A stretch of DNA of 64,000 bases from Rhynchobatus australiae (GCA_034780895.1 JAUZTB010000065.1:20932864-20996863), one strand, 5' to 3'; positions 51,169 through 64,000 are shown, numbered from the stretch's first letter. The notes: a model not told the origin generated them from the letters alone. Made by a program: numbers and translations.

Positions 51169-54100
51169 CACCCCAGTGGTCCATGAGTCTGCAACTAGAG
51201 TGATTGCTTATGTTGAAGCGATCTTAATGATCCTATCATAATGAAGCTTTATCAGTCCCAGCTGATGGACTGTGCTACTTCCAAGAATAGGTGTGACCTC
51301 TTTCTGATCTACAGAGACAATATTCACAACACAACTCTTTTGATTCTTTCGGTTCACCGTCTTCCACTGGCTTCACCTGTTGTACATCAATGACACATGA
51401 CTTGTTGGTTTTAACTGCAACACCTTGGAATATTAGGCTTGCCTTGCAAGGACGTCACATGTCCAAGGTTAAGTTGAAATGTCACTTGTTGCCTTTGCAC
51501 CAGCATCTTGGCATTTATACATAGAGCAAGTCTGCAGAATTGACCTCATTTGGCACCAGGCACAGTGCGTTCATCTAGTATCTGAACCTACCCCTGTCTC
51601 ATGTGGCTCATCTCATCCACATTTGTTGTCCCGTTCATCATGCACTGCTTGTAGAAATGATTGTCCACTCCCCACCTGCATGGTATTTTCTTTCAACTAT
51701 TCATATTACTGTTCACAATACATGCAACATTTTAGTTATCTTGGCTTCACTCTCCCTGTTCTGCCTTTTACCTCTCCTTTCACTGCTCAATTTCCTTCTG
51801 TTTACCATCCAACATTCCTAACTTGGCAAATGAAAATCAAGAAAATTGCAGATGCTCAAACTCTGAAATATAAACAGAAAATGCTGGAAACAGCAGGTCA
51901 AATTTCATTTGTGGACAGAGTTGTTTCAGGTCTGGGATTCATCATTTGAACTGGCAAAGGGAGTAAAACCGGTTTATATTCAGTAACAGAGAAGGCAGGG
52001 GAGGAATGGGTAGAATATCAAAGATAATTACCTTTGTTCTACCCATCCCNNNNNNNNNNNNNNNNNNNNNNNNNNNNNNNNNNNNNNNNNNNNNNNNNNN
52101 NNNNNNNNNNNNNNNNNNNNNNNNNNNNNNNNNNNNNNNNNNNNNNNNNNNNNNNNNNNNNNNNNNNNNNNNNNNNNNNNNNNNNNNNNNNNNNNNNNNN
52201 NNNNNNNNNNNNNNNNNNNNNNNNNNNNNNNNNNNNNNNNNNNNNNNNNNNNNNNNNNNNNNNNNNNNNNNNNNNNNNNNNNNNNNNNNNNNNNNNNNNN
52301 NNNNNNNNNNNNNNNNNNNNNNNNNNNNNNNNNNNNNNNNNNNNNNNNNNNNNNNNNNNNNNNNCACACAGCACAAGTGAATCACACAGCACTTCATCTC
52401 TTGGTGCACTTCAATGTGCTGTCTCAATTGGAAGGTGTTGTGCCTGGCATTCAGTGTTCAAATTCACCTGTGGAGTTTAAAACTTCTACTTTCATTAACC
52501 AGCACCCAGTATCCTTCTCTCATTAACTCATTAGGCTACCAGAGAATAGCTAGTTAATGAGACAAGCAACATTTCCACTGCTCTTACTCCCACACAGGCA
52601 GACTGGTTTTGCCCAGTTCAACACCAAGGCACTTGCAGAGATTGGTTGGTTAAATGCTACAGTTCTTAAGTGGTTGCACATCCAGTATTACATTACACAA
52701 ACCAATGATGGTGACAACAGAACATAACACATGACTTCTGACACTCAGCAGCATTTCAGAATAACCTTCAGTATTGAGATGAAGTGAGACTTTTTAATAA
52801 TTCTAGTGATAATGATAAAATACCTTGGATTAATCTCGTACATCAACTATTTTACAAATGGTAGCTCACATCCCACTGTCATTACCTTTGATCAAAGTGA
52901 TCGTTTTAATTTTAACCAATCAATATAATTTCTGAACACAGCATTACTTTGTCCATTATGCTACTTTGTATGTTATGATATTCCAAAATTGATGTTTCAT
53001 TAGTTATTTTATGTTTATCATGTCAAAATAATAATCACTGTGATTGTTATATGATACATGGTATTGAAAGTAGCACTAAATCTCTCAATATGTACTATAA
53101 TTAGATAGCAGGCATTGTCTCTAATCATGCATCTAAAAAGAGCATGAGGACATCACTAGCAGAGGTTCACATGCACTCAGTGATCACAGCAGAGAATGTA
53201 AATTATTTCATTATACTTCATCCGTTCTTTCTTCTGATGATTGTGATGACTGAGAATCTCTGGGCCCATCCTTCAAGCAACAGGCAGCTGGAATAACAAT
53301 ATCCCAAAGTTGCAAAGGAACACACTTAAAAGTCTTACATAGTATTACAACATTGAAACAGACCGTTCTGTGCCAACAAGTTCACACTAGTGTTTATGTT
53401 CCATACATAACTCTATTCCTTTCTGGCTAATATATCTCCTTAGTTTCATATTAAGTGCACCTGGACTTATCACTTCCATTATTCCCTGTGGTAATGATTT
53501 TCATATGCTTTTTGAATAAATAAGTTTCTTGTGAGTTCCTTATTGGATTAATTTCTGATTCTCTTCTATTTATACCCTGCCCCAGTACTAGACTACTGTG
53601 CAATTGGAAACATCTCTGCCCAGAAGTTCATCCCTGATCAGTGGTGCTGAACACATGACACTGTAGCAATATCCTTGCCTCTGCCTTGAGTTCAATGGAA
53701 TGGATTTTGGTAGCAGATTATAACATGCTGATACCAAAATACATTGTGTTTAACACTAGTGGCCAAGAATGAATTTCTAGGTACTTGTCCACATTATCTT
53801 GTTATCCCATTTCAAAAAGTAAAATAATTCTTGAAGCTAAAAATGTGAAGTCCAAAGCACATTCTGTAATCAAATGTGTATCTTCATTTCATTTTGGTGA
53901 TATTTACCGGTAGCAAAAAAATTGTTCTGTCTTTTATTTTAAATTATAATTCAGTATCATGTCACCACTTTCTCTTGCCTATTCAGTCTTTCCTGACGGT
54001 TTTAACCTCTCAATGCTGGTATCAGTTGGGCNNNNNNNNNNNNNNNNNNNNNNNNNNNNNNNNNNNNNNNNNNNNNNNNNNNNNNNNNNNNNNNNNNNNN

Positions 54101-55096
54101 NNNNNNNNNNNNNNNNNNNNNNNNNNNNNNNNNNNNNNNNNNNNNNNNNNNNNNNNNNNNNNNNNNNNNNNNNNNNNNNNNNNNNNNNNNNNNNNNNNNN
54201 NNNNNNNNNNNNNNNNNNNNNNNNNNNNNNNNNNNNNNNNNNNNNNNNNNNNNNNNNNNNNNNNNNNNNNNNNNNNNNNNNNNNNNNNNNNNNNNNNNNN
54301 NNNNNNNNNNNNNNNNNNNNNNNNNNNNNNNNNNNNNNNNNNNNNNNNNNNNNNNNNNNNNNNNNNNNNNNNNNNNNNNNNNNNNNNNNNNNNNNNNNNN
54401 NNNNNNNNNNNNNNNNNNNNNNNNNNNNNNNNNNNNNNNNNNNNNNNNNNNNNNNNNNNNNNNNNNNNNNNNNNNNNNNNNNNNNNNNNNNNNNNNNNNN
54501 NNNNNNNNNNNNNNNNNNNNNNNNNNNNNNNNNNNNNNNNNNNNNNNNNNNNNNNNNNNNNNNNNNNNNNNNNNNNNNNNNNNNNNNNNNNNNNNNNNNN
54601 NNNNNNNNNNNNNNNNNNNNNNNNNNNNNNNNNNNNNNNNNNNNNNNNNNNNNNNNNNNNNNNNNNNNNNNNNNNNNNNNNNNNNNNCATGTAATTAATA
54701 TAAGCAAGATAACAATTTTTATGACTCCATTATTTGTGACCATAAACAGCTGCTTGGACCCTCAGCTCTGGGATTCACTTCCTCTTTGTCACAGAACCAA
54801 TGCACAAATTGAGTAGCATAAGGACATTATTATAACAAAGTAGCAGCACCAATTTAACATGATCCCTGCAACTATTTGAACAGGGTGGTGGTAGGGGTGC
54901 CTGTTAGATTCAACTTATTCCAGTGGACCTAGTAAATCACAAGAACAAAATTATTTAAAGATGAAGTGAAGAAGGAATTGTTTTACAAAATTACAATCAG
55001 ATTAACTGCTTTATTTGACTAAATTAGAAATACAAAGAATAAATATTTTATTCACTTGCATCAGATTTTCATCTCTCAAACATGTTTTATTTTTAG

Positions 55097-55132
55097 AACT
55101 GAGTGCTTCTGATGACAGTTCTCTGGAAGATG
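55097..55132 (+). CDS. INAVA: INAVA coding exon 5, 36-nt microexon (ELSASDDSSLED)
   Basis: Strong acceptor ttttatttttAG at 55095-55096 and consensus donor G|gtaagt at 55133. Phase 1-1. Peptide matches recalled human ELSASDDSSLSD. Confidence 0.88.
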
Positions 55133-55719
55133 GTAAGTTCTCAACACAAAGGTGCTGAAATTGATCTTGCATTGTGGAGTAAAACGGGAATGTGAAAGTG
55201 AGCAAGATGTAATACAGGCTGCTAATTCACCATCACTCATTTTTTTGCCACTACATGAAACAATTTTGTAAAAGCGATCTTTGTGAATGCTTTTGAACCT
55301 GGTGGCTCACAGGGGATCCAAAATATCACTCCTTGACAATAAGTAACTTACTACAGATTAAATTAGTGTGAAGATCAATTTTTGTTTGTAGTTTTAAATG
55401 TCTATAACAGGCCCCATGAGACAATGGCCTCATTTTGCACTGTGGTATTAAACTTTTTAGGACTTGTAGCTGGCAATGATTACCATGGTGGCAGCAAAGT
55501 GTATCCAGAAAGAAGAGACTCAGGCTCCATTCTTGGAGCTGTGTGGAATGAATGCATCAAACTGTGAAATCAAATACATCTCCCAACACAAGTCACAGGT
55601 CTACATTTAGTAAATTTTATCTCAGCCCTCAGGATAGTCAGAAGGCAAGCTGCTGCATATGGTATAAGTGTGTATATAGAAGGACCACATACTTTCTGGA
55701 TGCCTACATAGGCAGTAAG

Positions 55720-56264
55720 TGTCACAATGTTGAGCAAAGAGCAAGCTCACGGAGAACCCAAATGCAGCACACTGGTACAAGACTGGAGTCAGGNNNNNNN
55801 NNNNNNNNNNNNNNNNNNNNNNNNNNNNNNNNNNNNNNNNNNNNNNNNNNNNNNNNNNNNNNNNNNNNNNNNNNNNNNNNNNNNNNNNNNNNNATGCAGC
55901 ACACTGGTACAAGACTGGAGTCAGGATACTTCCTCAGAACCAAACACAGGCAGCAACTGGAAGGAATCTTTCCTCAGGGCTCTGAGGTGGGGTCCCAACA
56001 TGAAAACTAGATATCCTAAGAGGAACAGTGAGGCCAGGACTGCTCTAGAGTTGCCAACTCTAAGCAACCAGGAGACAAAGTATACCCAAAGGTTGACCGA
56101 TACTCTGGCAACTAGTGCTAGTGAAACCAGGGCTCTTATGCTAGTCTCCTGATGGTGCTCAGGTGTGTGTTGTTATGTGATTAGCAGTGCATGGACTCCA
56201 GGTGCTGCACAATGAGGCACCATCGATGGAGCCGAATTGAGGGCCAGCACTCGGAACCATGACA
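55720..56264 (-). mobile_element. Solo LTR in INAVA intron 5
   Basis: Termini TGTCA...TGACA, flanked by GTAAG (55715-55719) and GTTAG (56265-56269), a 5-bp target-site duplication with one mismatch. Second copy ends at 14173. Confidence 0.8.
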
Positions 56265-56713
56265 GTTAGATTGCTAGGTCTTAATATTTCGTATGGTGGT
56301 GCAGCACTGAAGTCGTTAAATTATTCAGAAGCCTGGAATATCAATTTAGAGATATAAATTTAAATTTAAACATAGCAATTGGGGAATTTAAATTCAAGTA
56401 AATACATTAACTTTGGAATAAATAGGTAGTGTCAGTGATGGTGACAATGGAGCTGTCAGATTGTTGTACAATCTGCCATTCTTACTCAGTCCAACCCATA
56501 CTTCTCTCAAATCATCCTTGAAGTTGTCTCTTAAGTGAATGGTTATTCAGCACAAGAGTAATTAGGGGTGGACTTTAAATGCTGGGCTTGCTGTTATTGT
56601 TGACAGCTCATGAATGAATAAATACAAATAATTTGACCAGAAGGGAATAATTTGTTTAAATATCTAAATATTTTTCTCCATTGTTGATCCATATTATTGT
56701 TTGCTTTCCACAG

Positions 56714-56975
56714 ACACAAGACAGCACCTCAGCCAGTGTTCATCCACAGAATTCTTGACAGCTACTCATGCATTGCAAAGGAGTAACTTGCCACTGCCTC
56801 TTCTACAGCCCAGCAGACCGACCCCACCCCAAACCCTGGAAGGACTTTCTCCAGGTTGTTATCAGTGCAGTGACTATGAGAAATCGCCCATCATGGACAC
56901 AGCATGGGTGGAGTCTAATCTGGATGAGCCGTATGAGAAAGTGAAAAGACGTTCCTCTTTAAATAGCAAGTCAAG
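56714..56975 (+). CDS. INAVA: INAVA coding exon 6 (DTRQHLSQCSSTEFL...PSRPTPPQTLEGLSPG...EKSPIMDTAWVESNLDEPYEKVKRRSSLNSKS)
   Basis: Acceptor tttccacAG at 56712-56713, donor AG|gtatag at 56976. Lies in ORF 56701..57072. Matches recalled human PSRPLPPQTLEGL and ERAPVQNSPWKETSLDHPYEK. Confidence 0.9.
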
Positions 56976-57074
56976 GTATAGTTTGTATTTATTTGCCAGT
57001 CATCTCAATGCAAGTGCTTTTAAAGTTGTTGGCAGGGTTCCCTCAACTGAACAAATACATTTTATTTTCTAATT

Positions 57075-57575
57075 GTGCAAGAGAAGGTGGAACGTAAATT
57101 GAAAACCTGTATCAAGCTGGTTCACTGGATTGATTCCTGGGATGAGGGATTGTCTGATAAAGAGATTAAGCAGACTCAGTCTTTATTCTTTATATTGTAG
57201 AATAATCAGATGTCATTTCATTGAAACATACAAAGTTCCTACAGGACCTGACAAGTACATGCAGGGTAAATATTACTCCTGAATGGGGTTTCCAGAACCA
57301 GAGGTCACTGTCTCCAGAAAAGGTCAGCCATACCAAACTGAGATGAGAACACATTTCTTTAGCCAGGGGAAGGTTAATCTCTTTGGAGTTCTCTACCCCT
57401 GTGGTTGCACAGTCACTGAAAGTATTTGGACGGAGATCAATAGATCTTTGGATAATATGAGAATCAAGGGATCTGGGGACTGTGCAGGAAAATGGTGCTG
57501 AGGTAAAAAATAAGCCATGATATTGTTGAATGGTCAAGTATTATGAAGTGCCAAATCCCTGTTTCTATTTATTAT
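57075..57575 (+). mobile_element. CR1 LINE 3' fragment immediately downstream of exon 6
   Basis: FTGLIPGM, IETYKFL.G, SRTRGHCL..KGQPYQTEMRTHFFSQ motifs. Confidence 0.8.
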
Positions 57576-58069
57576 CAATGATCTCACAAAATAGCTAAAA
57601 TATCCCTAAAAAAGTCTCTAGCCTTTTTCTTTAGTAATGCGCAAAGTATATTTCCAGTTGTCCATCATCTACAAGTTGGATTTCTTAATTCCTTTACGAA
57701 ATATTTTCCATTTCAATGGTCCTGGAAAATGCTGTTATCAGCACAACACCAAATGAACATAAACAGAAATAAATAACATTGGTCAGATTAGACATAGTGA
57801 CCTGTTTCTGTGCCATATGACTCTATCACTCTGACTCTAAACAAGTAAGTTATGTAACTTTACCTTAATAGCAAAACCTGGACCGATGTGCCTTTTCCTC
57901 TGAGACACAACATCCTTATCAGCAGTCCATAACATACCCCAGCACCATTTCTTTGTTTTGCTACATTCCAGACAGCCCTCTGGTTTCTCTATACCATCAT
58001 AGCATGATTTGTTCTCTATATCTCTTGGAACGAAAGTTTTAAATATTTCCTGGAGCTGTCCTACTTCAA

Positions 58070-58410
58070 GCAAAGAGGATTGCGGAGAGATTTAATAGAG
58101 GTGTACAAGGTCATGCTGGTTTAGAGAGGATAAACAGAGAGAAACTTTGATTCATTAGCAGATGGTTCCAAGGATCAGAGGGAACAGATATAAAATTTTG
58201 GATATAGGTATAAGCGAGATGTGGTAGAAAAGTTTTATTACATGGAGATCATGTTGATCTGGAACTCATCTGTAGAGGTGGTGGAAAGAGAATCAATCAG
58301 GAAAGAATATGTTGCAGGGCAATGTGGAAGGTTTGAGATCATGGGACTAATGGNNNNNNNNNNNNNNNNNNNNNNAAAGCTCGATGGGCTGAAAGGCTTT
58401 CTTATGTGTT
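58070..58410 (+). mobile_element. CR1 LINE 3' fragment
   Basis: QRGLRRDLIEVYK motif and tail tcgatgggctgaaaggct. Confidence 0.65.
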
Positions 58411-60837
58411 ATAAAAATGACTTTGAACTTCCTGGATAACATTTAAGGCATTTAATGTTTTACCTAATAGTTCCATTATGATCCATAAGTAGTGTTCATC
58501 ACATCATCCCTTGTACGGGTTGAGACAATAGTTATTTTAGACAATTTCCAGTCTCAGTTTGAAATTCAAACAGAAGAAAATATGTTAACAAAGCATGTCT
58601 TGCTTCTATCTCTCTCTCTCTCTGCAGTAACAATATCATGCAATTCTTTACATGACTTTCTCCTGTCACATTATTTCCACCAAGCTGACCCATGCTACCC
58701 TTTTATTTGTCCTCTGCCACAATGTTACTTGTATGTTCTCCAAATCTTTAGGTGGTTGTTAGTAATGCTTGCTTCTCACTGAGAGCCCAGTACCTTATGG
58801 TTAGGTCTTGTTGTAGATAATTACCAGCTACAATCTTGCTTTGCTTTCCTTTCCTTCTTACAAATAGCCCTTCCTTCTACCCCTTCTATTGCGAAAGATC
58901 CTTTGGCAATAAATCAGAACCCAACAAGACTCCCAATCACTATCATAATCCAATAGCTCCTGCTACCTTCTAAAGTTAGCTGTAGCATTAAAAACAATGA
59001 CTGCAAAGACAATTTACAAAGCTACAGAAGGGTACACTAAATTAAGTTGTGGGAACAAGCGCTTGGGTAAGAGGGGTGCGAGTGTAAATGGGGTTGGTTG
59101 ACCAGTACAACGAATGGTGAATTTACTAAAACGTATTAAAGAAACTCCATCACAATTAATTCTCTTATGATTAGCAGGTACCCATTACCATCTNNNNNNN
59201 NNNNNNNNNNNNNNNNNNNNNNNNNNNNNNNNNNNNNNNNNNNNNNNNNNNNNNNNNNNNNNNNNNNNNNNNNNNNNNNNNNNNNNNNNNNNNATCTTCA
59301 CCTTTCCTTCCCACCCTGATCACATACCTTTTCCATAACCTGCCACCTCAAACTGCTCCCATATTCGATAACAACTTCCTGTATCACTTGCCAACTTTCC
59401 AACAGACCATTGTTTTTGTCCATATTGCTATAACCTACCTCATTCCCACTTACAATTTCAATGATTCCTTGAGCATTTTCTGCTTTATCATAGCTTTTTA
59501 AAAATGTATAATGAATAAATTTAACTGCTGTCAAATAAACTTTTTTAACATAATCAATTGTACTAATTTACAGATTCCATACAATATTCACATAATTTTA
59601 CAGATAAAAACCAAAGCTTATCTGTTATCTTGCCTTACGATACTAAAGAGAAATACAGCAAATAAGTGGGTTTGCTATTGTGTTGTATGGTACATCATAT
59701 AAAGAAGGATGTTCTACCATTTAGAAGGACAACAACAGTGGGCATATGGAAACTCCACTAGCTCTGACTTTCCCTCAGTTAAACATTCATCTGACTTGAA
59801 AATATATCCATGTCCCAGGGCCAAAGTCTTACCTAGTTTCACTGTGGGAGTAATGTAACTCTAGTGTAGTAGTTCATTACCACCTTCTCAATGATAATTA
59901 GGGACAGGCAATAAATGCATCACTGCCTACATTACATGAATGAATTAAAGATATCTATGAACTACACTACTAATTTTAACACTTTCCTTTTATATCTGTA
60001 GCTTGATATTTTAGGTTTCAATTTAACACATTATGGCTGCAATTTTCAACTTTGAAACTTTAAATTGGCTGTCCATCTAACAATAGCTATTTCATTAGTT
60101 AGAACAAATGTTTGCAGAAATTGAAGATCAAATGTGCCTGAAGCTTCAAGCTAAGTAGTTTGCTGTTCACAGTTATTTATATAACCCATTGATGATCTCT
60201 GATAGTTCAGTTAGACCATATTTTGGAAATCAGAAATAAATGCCCAGCTGCTGGAGGAACCACATCAAATTTGTCAAACAGACAAACCCCAAATAGAAAC
60301 CAACACATATTGTTAGTTTAGTTTCTGTCTGTACTGACAATGTCTGTTTGTTCTGTGGGTGTGAACCAGTTTTGCATGCTTGACAGCATAACTTGTAATG
60401 ATATATTCTAGTGGAAGCTATGAGTTAGGCATACTTGTGAATTATGAGCATGGAATTCAACTCTGAAGTCAGTTTAACTGACATATAAACTAAATTAATC
60501 TAACCAGCATGGACTCTACCTCAGTAACAACTTTACCTTGGCAGTTACTTGGTAATTATTTTTCTGTAATATTATTAGTTTTATTTCTGCCTAGTGCCGC
60601 TGTACAAAGTGTTTGAGGCTCAGCATTTATTGATTCATGTCATGATTCCATTCTCCAGTTTGACATTACAGACTGTGTAGCTTTGTGATATGAATTAAGT
60701 TTTTTACAATATACGATGAAGAACTTGCAGTGACTTGCTGCAAATGTAATTGTTCTGTTTTCTCTTTTGGTCAAAAACATATGTCAATAATTTCTGAGGG
60801 GATTCTCTAGGTTTGCCACATTAACGTCAGCAGAGAA

Positions 60838-61265
60838 GCATAGAACATAACAGCACAATACAGGCCCTTTGGCCCATGACGTTGTGCCGACATTTTATCC
60901 TGCTCTAAGATCTATCTAACCCTTTCCTCCCACATAGCCCTCCATTTTTCTATCATTCATGTGACTATCTAAGAGTCTCTTAAATGTCCCTACTCTGTCT
61001 GCCTCCACCACCTCTGCCGGCAGTGTGTTCCATGCACCCACTACTCTCTGTGTAAAAAAAAACGTACCTTTGACATCTCCCCCCATACCTTCTTCCAATC
61101 ACCTTAAAATTATACTCCCTCATGTTAGCTAATTTCACCCTGGGGAAAAAGTCTCTAGCTGTCCATGATCGATGCCTCCTATCATCTTGTACACCTCTAT
61201 CAAGTTGCCTCTCATCCTCCTTCTCTCCAAAGAGAAAAGCCCTCGCTCGCTCAACCTATCCTCCT
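60838..61265 (-). mobile_element. Relatively young CR1/HER1-like LINE 3' end
   Basis: ORF 60916..61098 has FFTQRVVGAWNTLPAEVVEADRVGTFKRLLDSHM. The tail matches the short + strand copy at 32490-32602. Confidence 0.88.
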
Positions 61266-62792
61266 AAAATAGTGGGAATCCTGGGAAGAAGTGGCAACAA
61301 CATTCCAGAAATCCATTTTTTTCAGAGTTTCTACAAGAGTGGCAGACTGAGGACGCTCTGTAGAAATTTCACTCCACGTCATTAGCAAACATCAGGCAAC
61401 ATTCTGTGCAGTACAATCTGGTGCAGAGGAGCAGTTATAAGCATAATGTTCAAAAGCAGGAAAAGACCATTAAATATAAATAAATATTTCACTGTTTAGC
61501 TCCATTAGCCATTTTTTTGTCATTCATCTCTCTCTCCAGAAATAAGTTCTTTATCTCTCCATCCTACTAAGTCTGTGTATCAGCAGGCTGGCCTGATAAC
61601 TTATTCTGTTAGTCACTGTAGTTGAGAGTAAAAAAACTGCCTGACTTCCTCATTTTTTTACCCAGGTTCCAGTGAAACTCATCAAATCACATGAGTTTTC
61701 ATTGTTATCATGGCCTAAGAGGAGTGGACCTCCTCTGGTGGAATAATAGAATTATTTCCAAGGCAACATCTCTGCAGCTTTTCACAAAAAAACTGTTTCA
61801 TTAGTACTTTTCACCTGATATACTAACATGCCTGCTGCTAATAAAGAAATGTTCCAATTAAAACAAGAGATTCTCAGAGGTCAATTACAAGTATCCATTC
61901 ACTTTATATCCCCCGTCATATTTCTAGTTTGGTCCAAACTTAAATGAATTAAATGCCATCTTATTCATTCATGCCCCATTTTCTTCTGACACTCATGTGT
62001 ATATACTATATGTGCAGAGTTGCTTCAATTTGAAAAAAACTTAGAGATATGGTCTGTTTCATTTACCCACCATTTCAATCTGATTACCTGTTTGAACTTA
62101 TCTGTAAAAGTCTATGTGGGTGAGTAGGCCAGAGATTTCAATATTTGGCAGAACATGACAGACTCAAATGCATATTGCAGTGTTCCAAAGAACATTTGTT
62201 CAGCTGAGTCCTGTGGTTGATTAGATGTGTCACAGTTCTACTCCATTGTTAAGCAACCCAGCTTCCTCAGTGTAATTGGGGCAAACAAATCAGCGCAATT
62301 TGGATTGATTCCTGTGTAAATTTTTTACACAGCAGCAGTTTGAAGTATTCTCAATTCATGTCTTTTTTCAAAGCAACAAGATCATTTGAAGAGAGACAAT
62401 TAAATTTAACACATTAAGGCCTTCTCATTATTTCACTGCAAGTAAAACAAAAGAATATATGAAGAAGATAATACTAATATATATCTACCACAATATTTAA
62501 GCATCTAAAAAGGTTGGATGGGTGATATTTCTGTGGCAGAGCAGCAACTACCAAGATAAGAGTCAAATAAACTTCAGGTAGAACAAACTGTTGTGATGCC
62601 TAGCTTTACCTTACAATAGCTGAATGTATTAGTAAACTTATGGAAACTTTGGCAGGCACTCAACATTATCTGTTTTATCCCTTTGTTTCTTTTTTATGTT
62701 ACGATGATCTATTGACAGAAGAATCCCCAACATTTTGTGCAATTCAGTGTATTTCTATTTGCCACATTTTTTTCTCTTTTTAAACCTTTCAG

Positions 62793-62891
62793 CAGTCCAG
62801 CAGTGACCCCATCAGAATCTGGTCTGAGTGATATCTCACCTTTTCAGCATTTTGAAATGAGGAGCAGTCCCTATCAGAATCAGACCTCAGC
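62793..62891 (+). CDS. INAVA: INAVA coding exon 7, 3' end lost in the N gap (SSPAVTPSESGLSDISPFQHFEMRSSPYQNQTS...)
   Basis: Long polypyrimidine tract then AG at 62791-62792. Phase 2 continues the frame. SSPAVTP...TSA matches recalled human SSPATTP...RTSAPATP. Ns start at 62892. Confidence 0.8.
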
Positions 62892-64000
62892 NNNNNNNNN
62901 NNNNNNNNNNNNNNNNNNNNNNNNNNNNNNNNNNNNNNNNNNNNNNNNNNNNNNNNNNNNNNNNNNNNNNNNNNNNNNNNNNNNNNNNNNNNNNNNNNNN
63001 NNNNNNNNNNNNNNNNNNNNNNNNNNNNNNNNNNNNNNNNNNNNNNNNNNNNNNNNNNNNNNNNNNNNNNNNNNNNNNNNNNNNNNNNNNNNNNNNNNNN
63101 NNNNNNNNNNNNNNNNNNNNNNNNNNNNNNNNNNNNNNNNNNNNNNNNNNNNNNNNNNNNNNNNNNNNNNNNNNNNNNNNNNNNNNNNNNNNNNNNNNNN
63201 NNNNNNNNNNNNNNNNNNNNNNNNNNNNNNNCACAACAAAGGACTGGTTACAAAGAGACTTCAAACAAACTATAAAATGGATCATCATCACCACCCATCA
63301 ATTAGAGGATTAATTTAAAACTTTCCTAACATTTGAATGAAGTACCAATAAAAAACAACATACTAAAATCAAAATGTCCCGAAGCAATCAAACTAATATT
63401 CTTCAATCTGGGAGGTAAAAATGTTAAAAACAAACTTGATCAGCAATGTAGAACTTTATTTGCATTTTAGGTTTAAATCGATATAACCAAAATGATACCA
63501 TATTCCTGACAGTCATTATGATTTGTTTTGGAAATAATCTTTTATTATAATTTTTGCTTTACAATTTTTTTGTGTTAATCAAAATGAGGTGGGTCAGAGC
63601 AAGGTAGAAACTCACAACAATATCAAATGCTTCCAGGTCAGACATAGCTGACTAGAACATGATTCTTCTTCTATGTTAGAACCTTGATATAAATAAATCG
63701 ATTCCTCTCATTCATGAATGGGATTCTTTTTGTTTCCAGTTCCAGCCACTCTAATGGTCCCTCTGATGATGATTGCTAATTTGTGCTAGTTTTAAAAAGT
63801 TTATAACTTCTTCCACACATTAAACCAGTGATGTCTTGGGACCCATGGATACTTTGTATGTGTCCTATACCCCCGCAATGTCTGATCTTACAAAAGGCAC
63901 AAGGTGGCACACAAGATAAAATTGACCAACAAATGGACCAAAAGGCTTTTTCTTCAACTTCTCTGCAACGATGGAGCTTTGCAAAGGAAAGGTCACGGGG

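Noticed and set aside
55762-55925. Direct repeat atgcagcacactggtacaagactggagtcagg as a CRISPR-like or functional tandem array
   Set aside because: Only two copies flanking a 100-N gap inside an LTR in a vertebrate genome; probably an assembly overlap.
63740-63780. Acceptor-like ttctttttgtttccAG as INAVA exon 8
   Set aside because: Following sequence has stops within a few codons and no resemblance to INAVA.
1-64000. A novel multi-gene or prokaryote-type system
   Set aside because: Readable sequence is largely explained by one spliced vertebrate gene and decayed transposons. No intact TE ORFs, operons or arrays were seen; content inside N gaps cannot be assessed.

Overview
Vertebrate genomic DNA, AT-rich, with many N gaps. 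The repeat content (tRNA-derived V-SINE/HE1-like SINEs, CR1/HER1-like LINEs, Penelope-like fragments, a Deu-domain SINE) points to a cartilaginous fish, probably a ray or sawfish relative. One protein-coding gene is supportable: an INAVA (C1orf106, CUPID/DUF3338 domain) orthologue on the + strand. I assembled seven coding exons by hand, all with GT-AG introns and consistent phases: 31135-31189, 47022-47146, 47464-47586, 49243-49468, 55097-55132, 56714-56975 and 62793->62891. Together they encode about 308 aa (MESKDEVSDSDSGVILQSGSDSP...LKKLCLRESELTGYLPKEYPL...VRRRVGTAFQLD...PPQTLEGL...LDEPYEK...). Exon 7 runs into an N gap, and I found no further exons in the readable sequence. The rest is intron or upstream DNA with decayed and often nested transposable elements. 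I found no evidence of a novel multi-gene system. The most interesting points are a 51-bp intronic hairpin, a promoter-like LTR cassette, a solo LTR pair, a candidate beta-TrCP degron, conservation of the residue matching human Y333, a frame-preserving microexon and a NAGNAG acceptor. Family assignments and the human comparison come from recalled sequences, not from searches.
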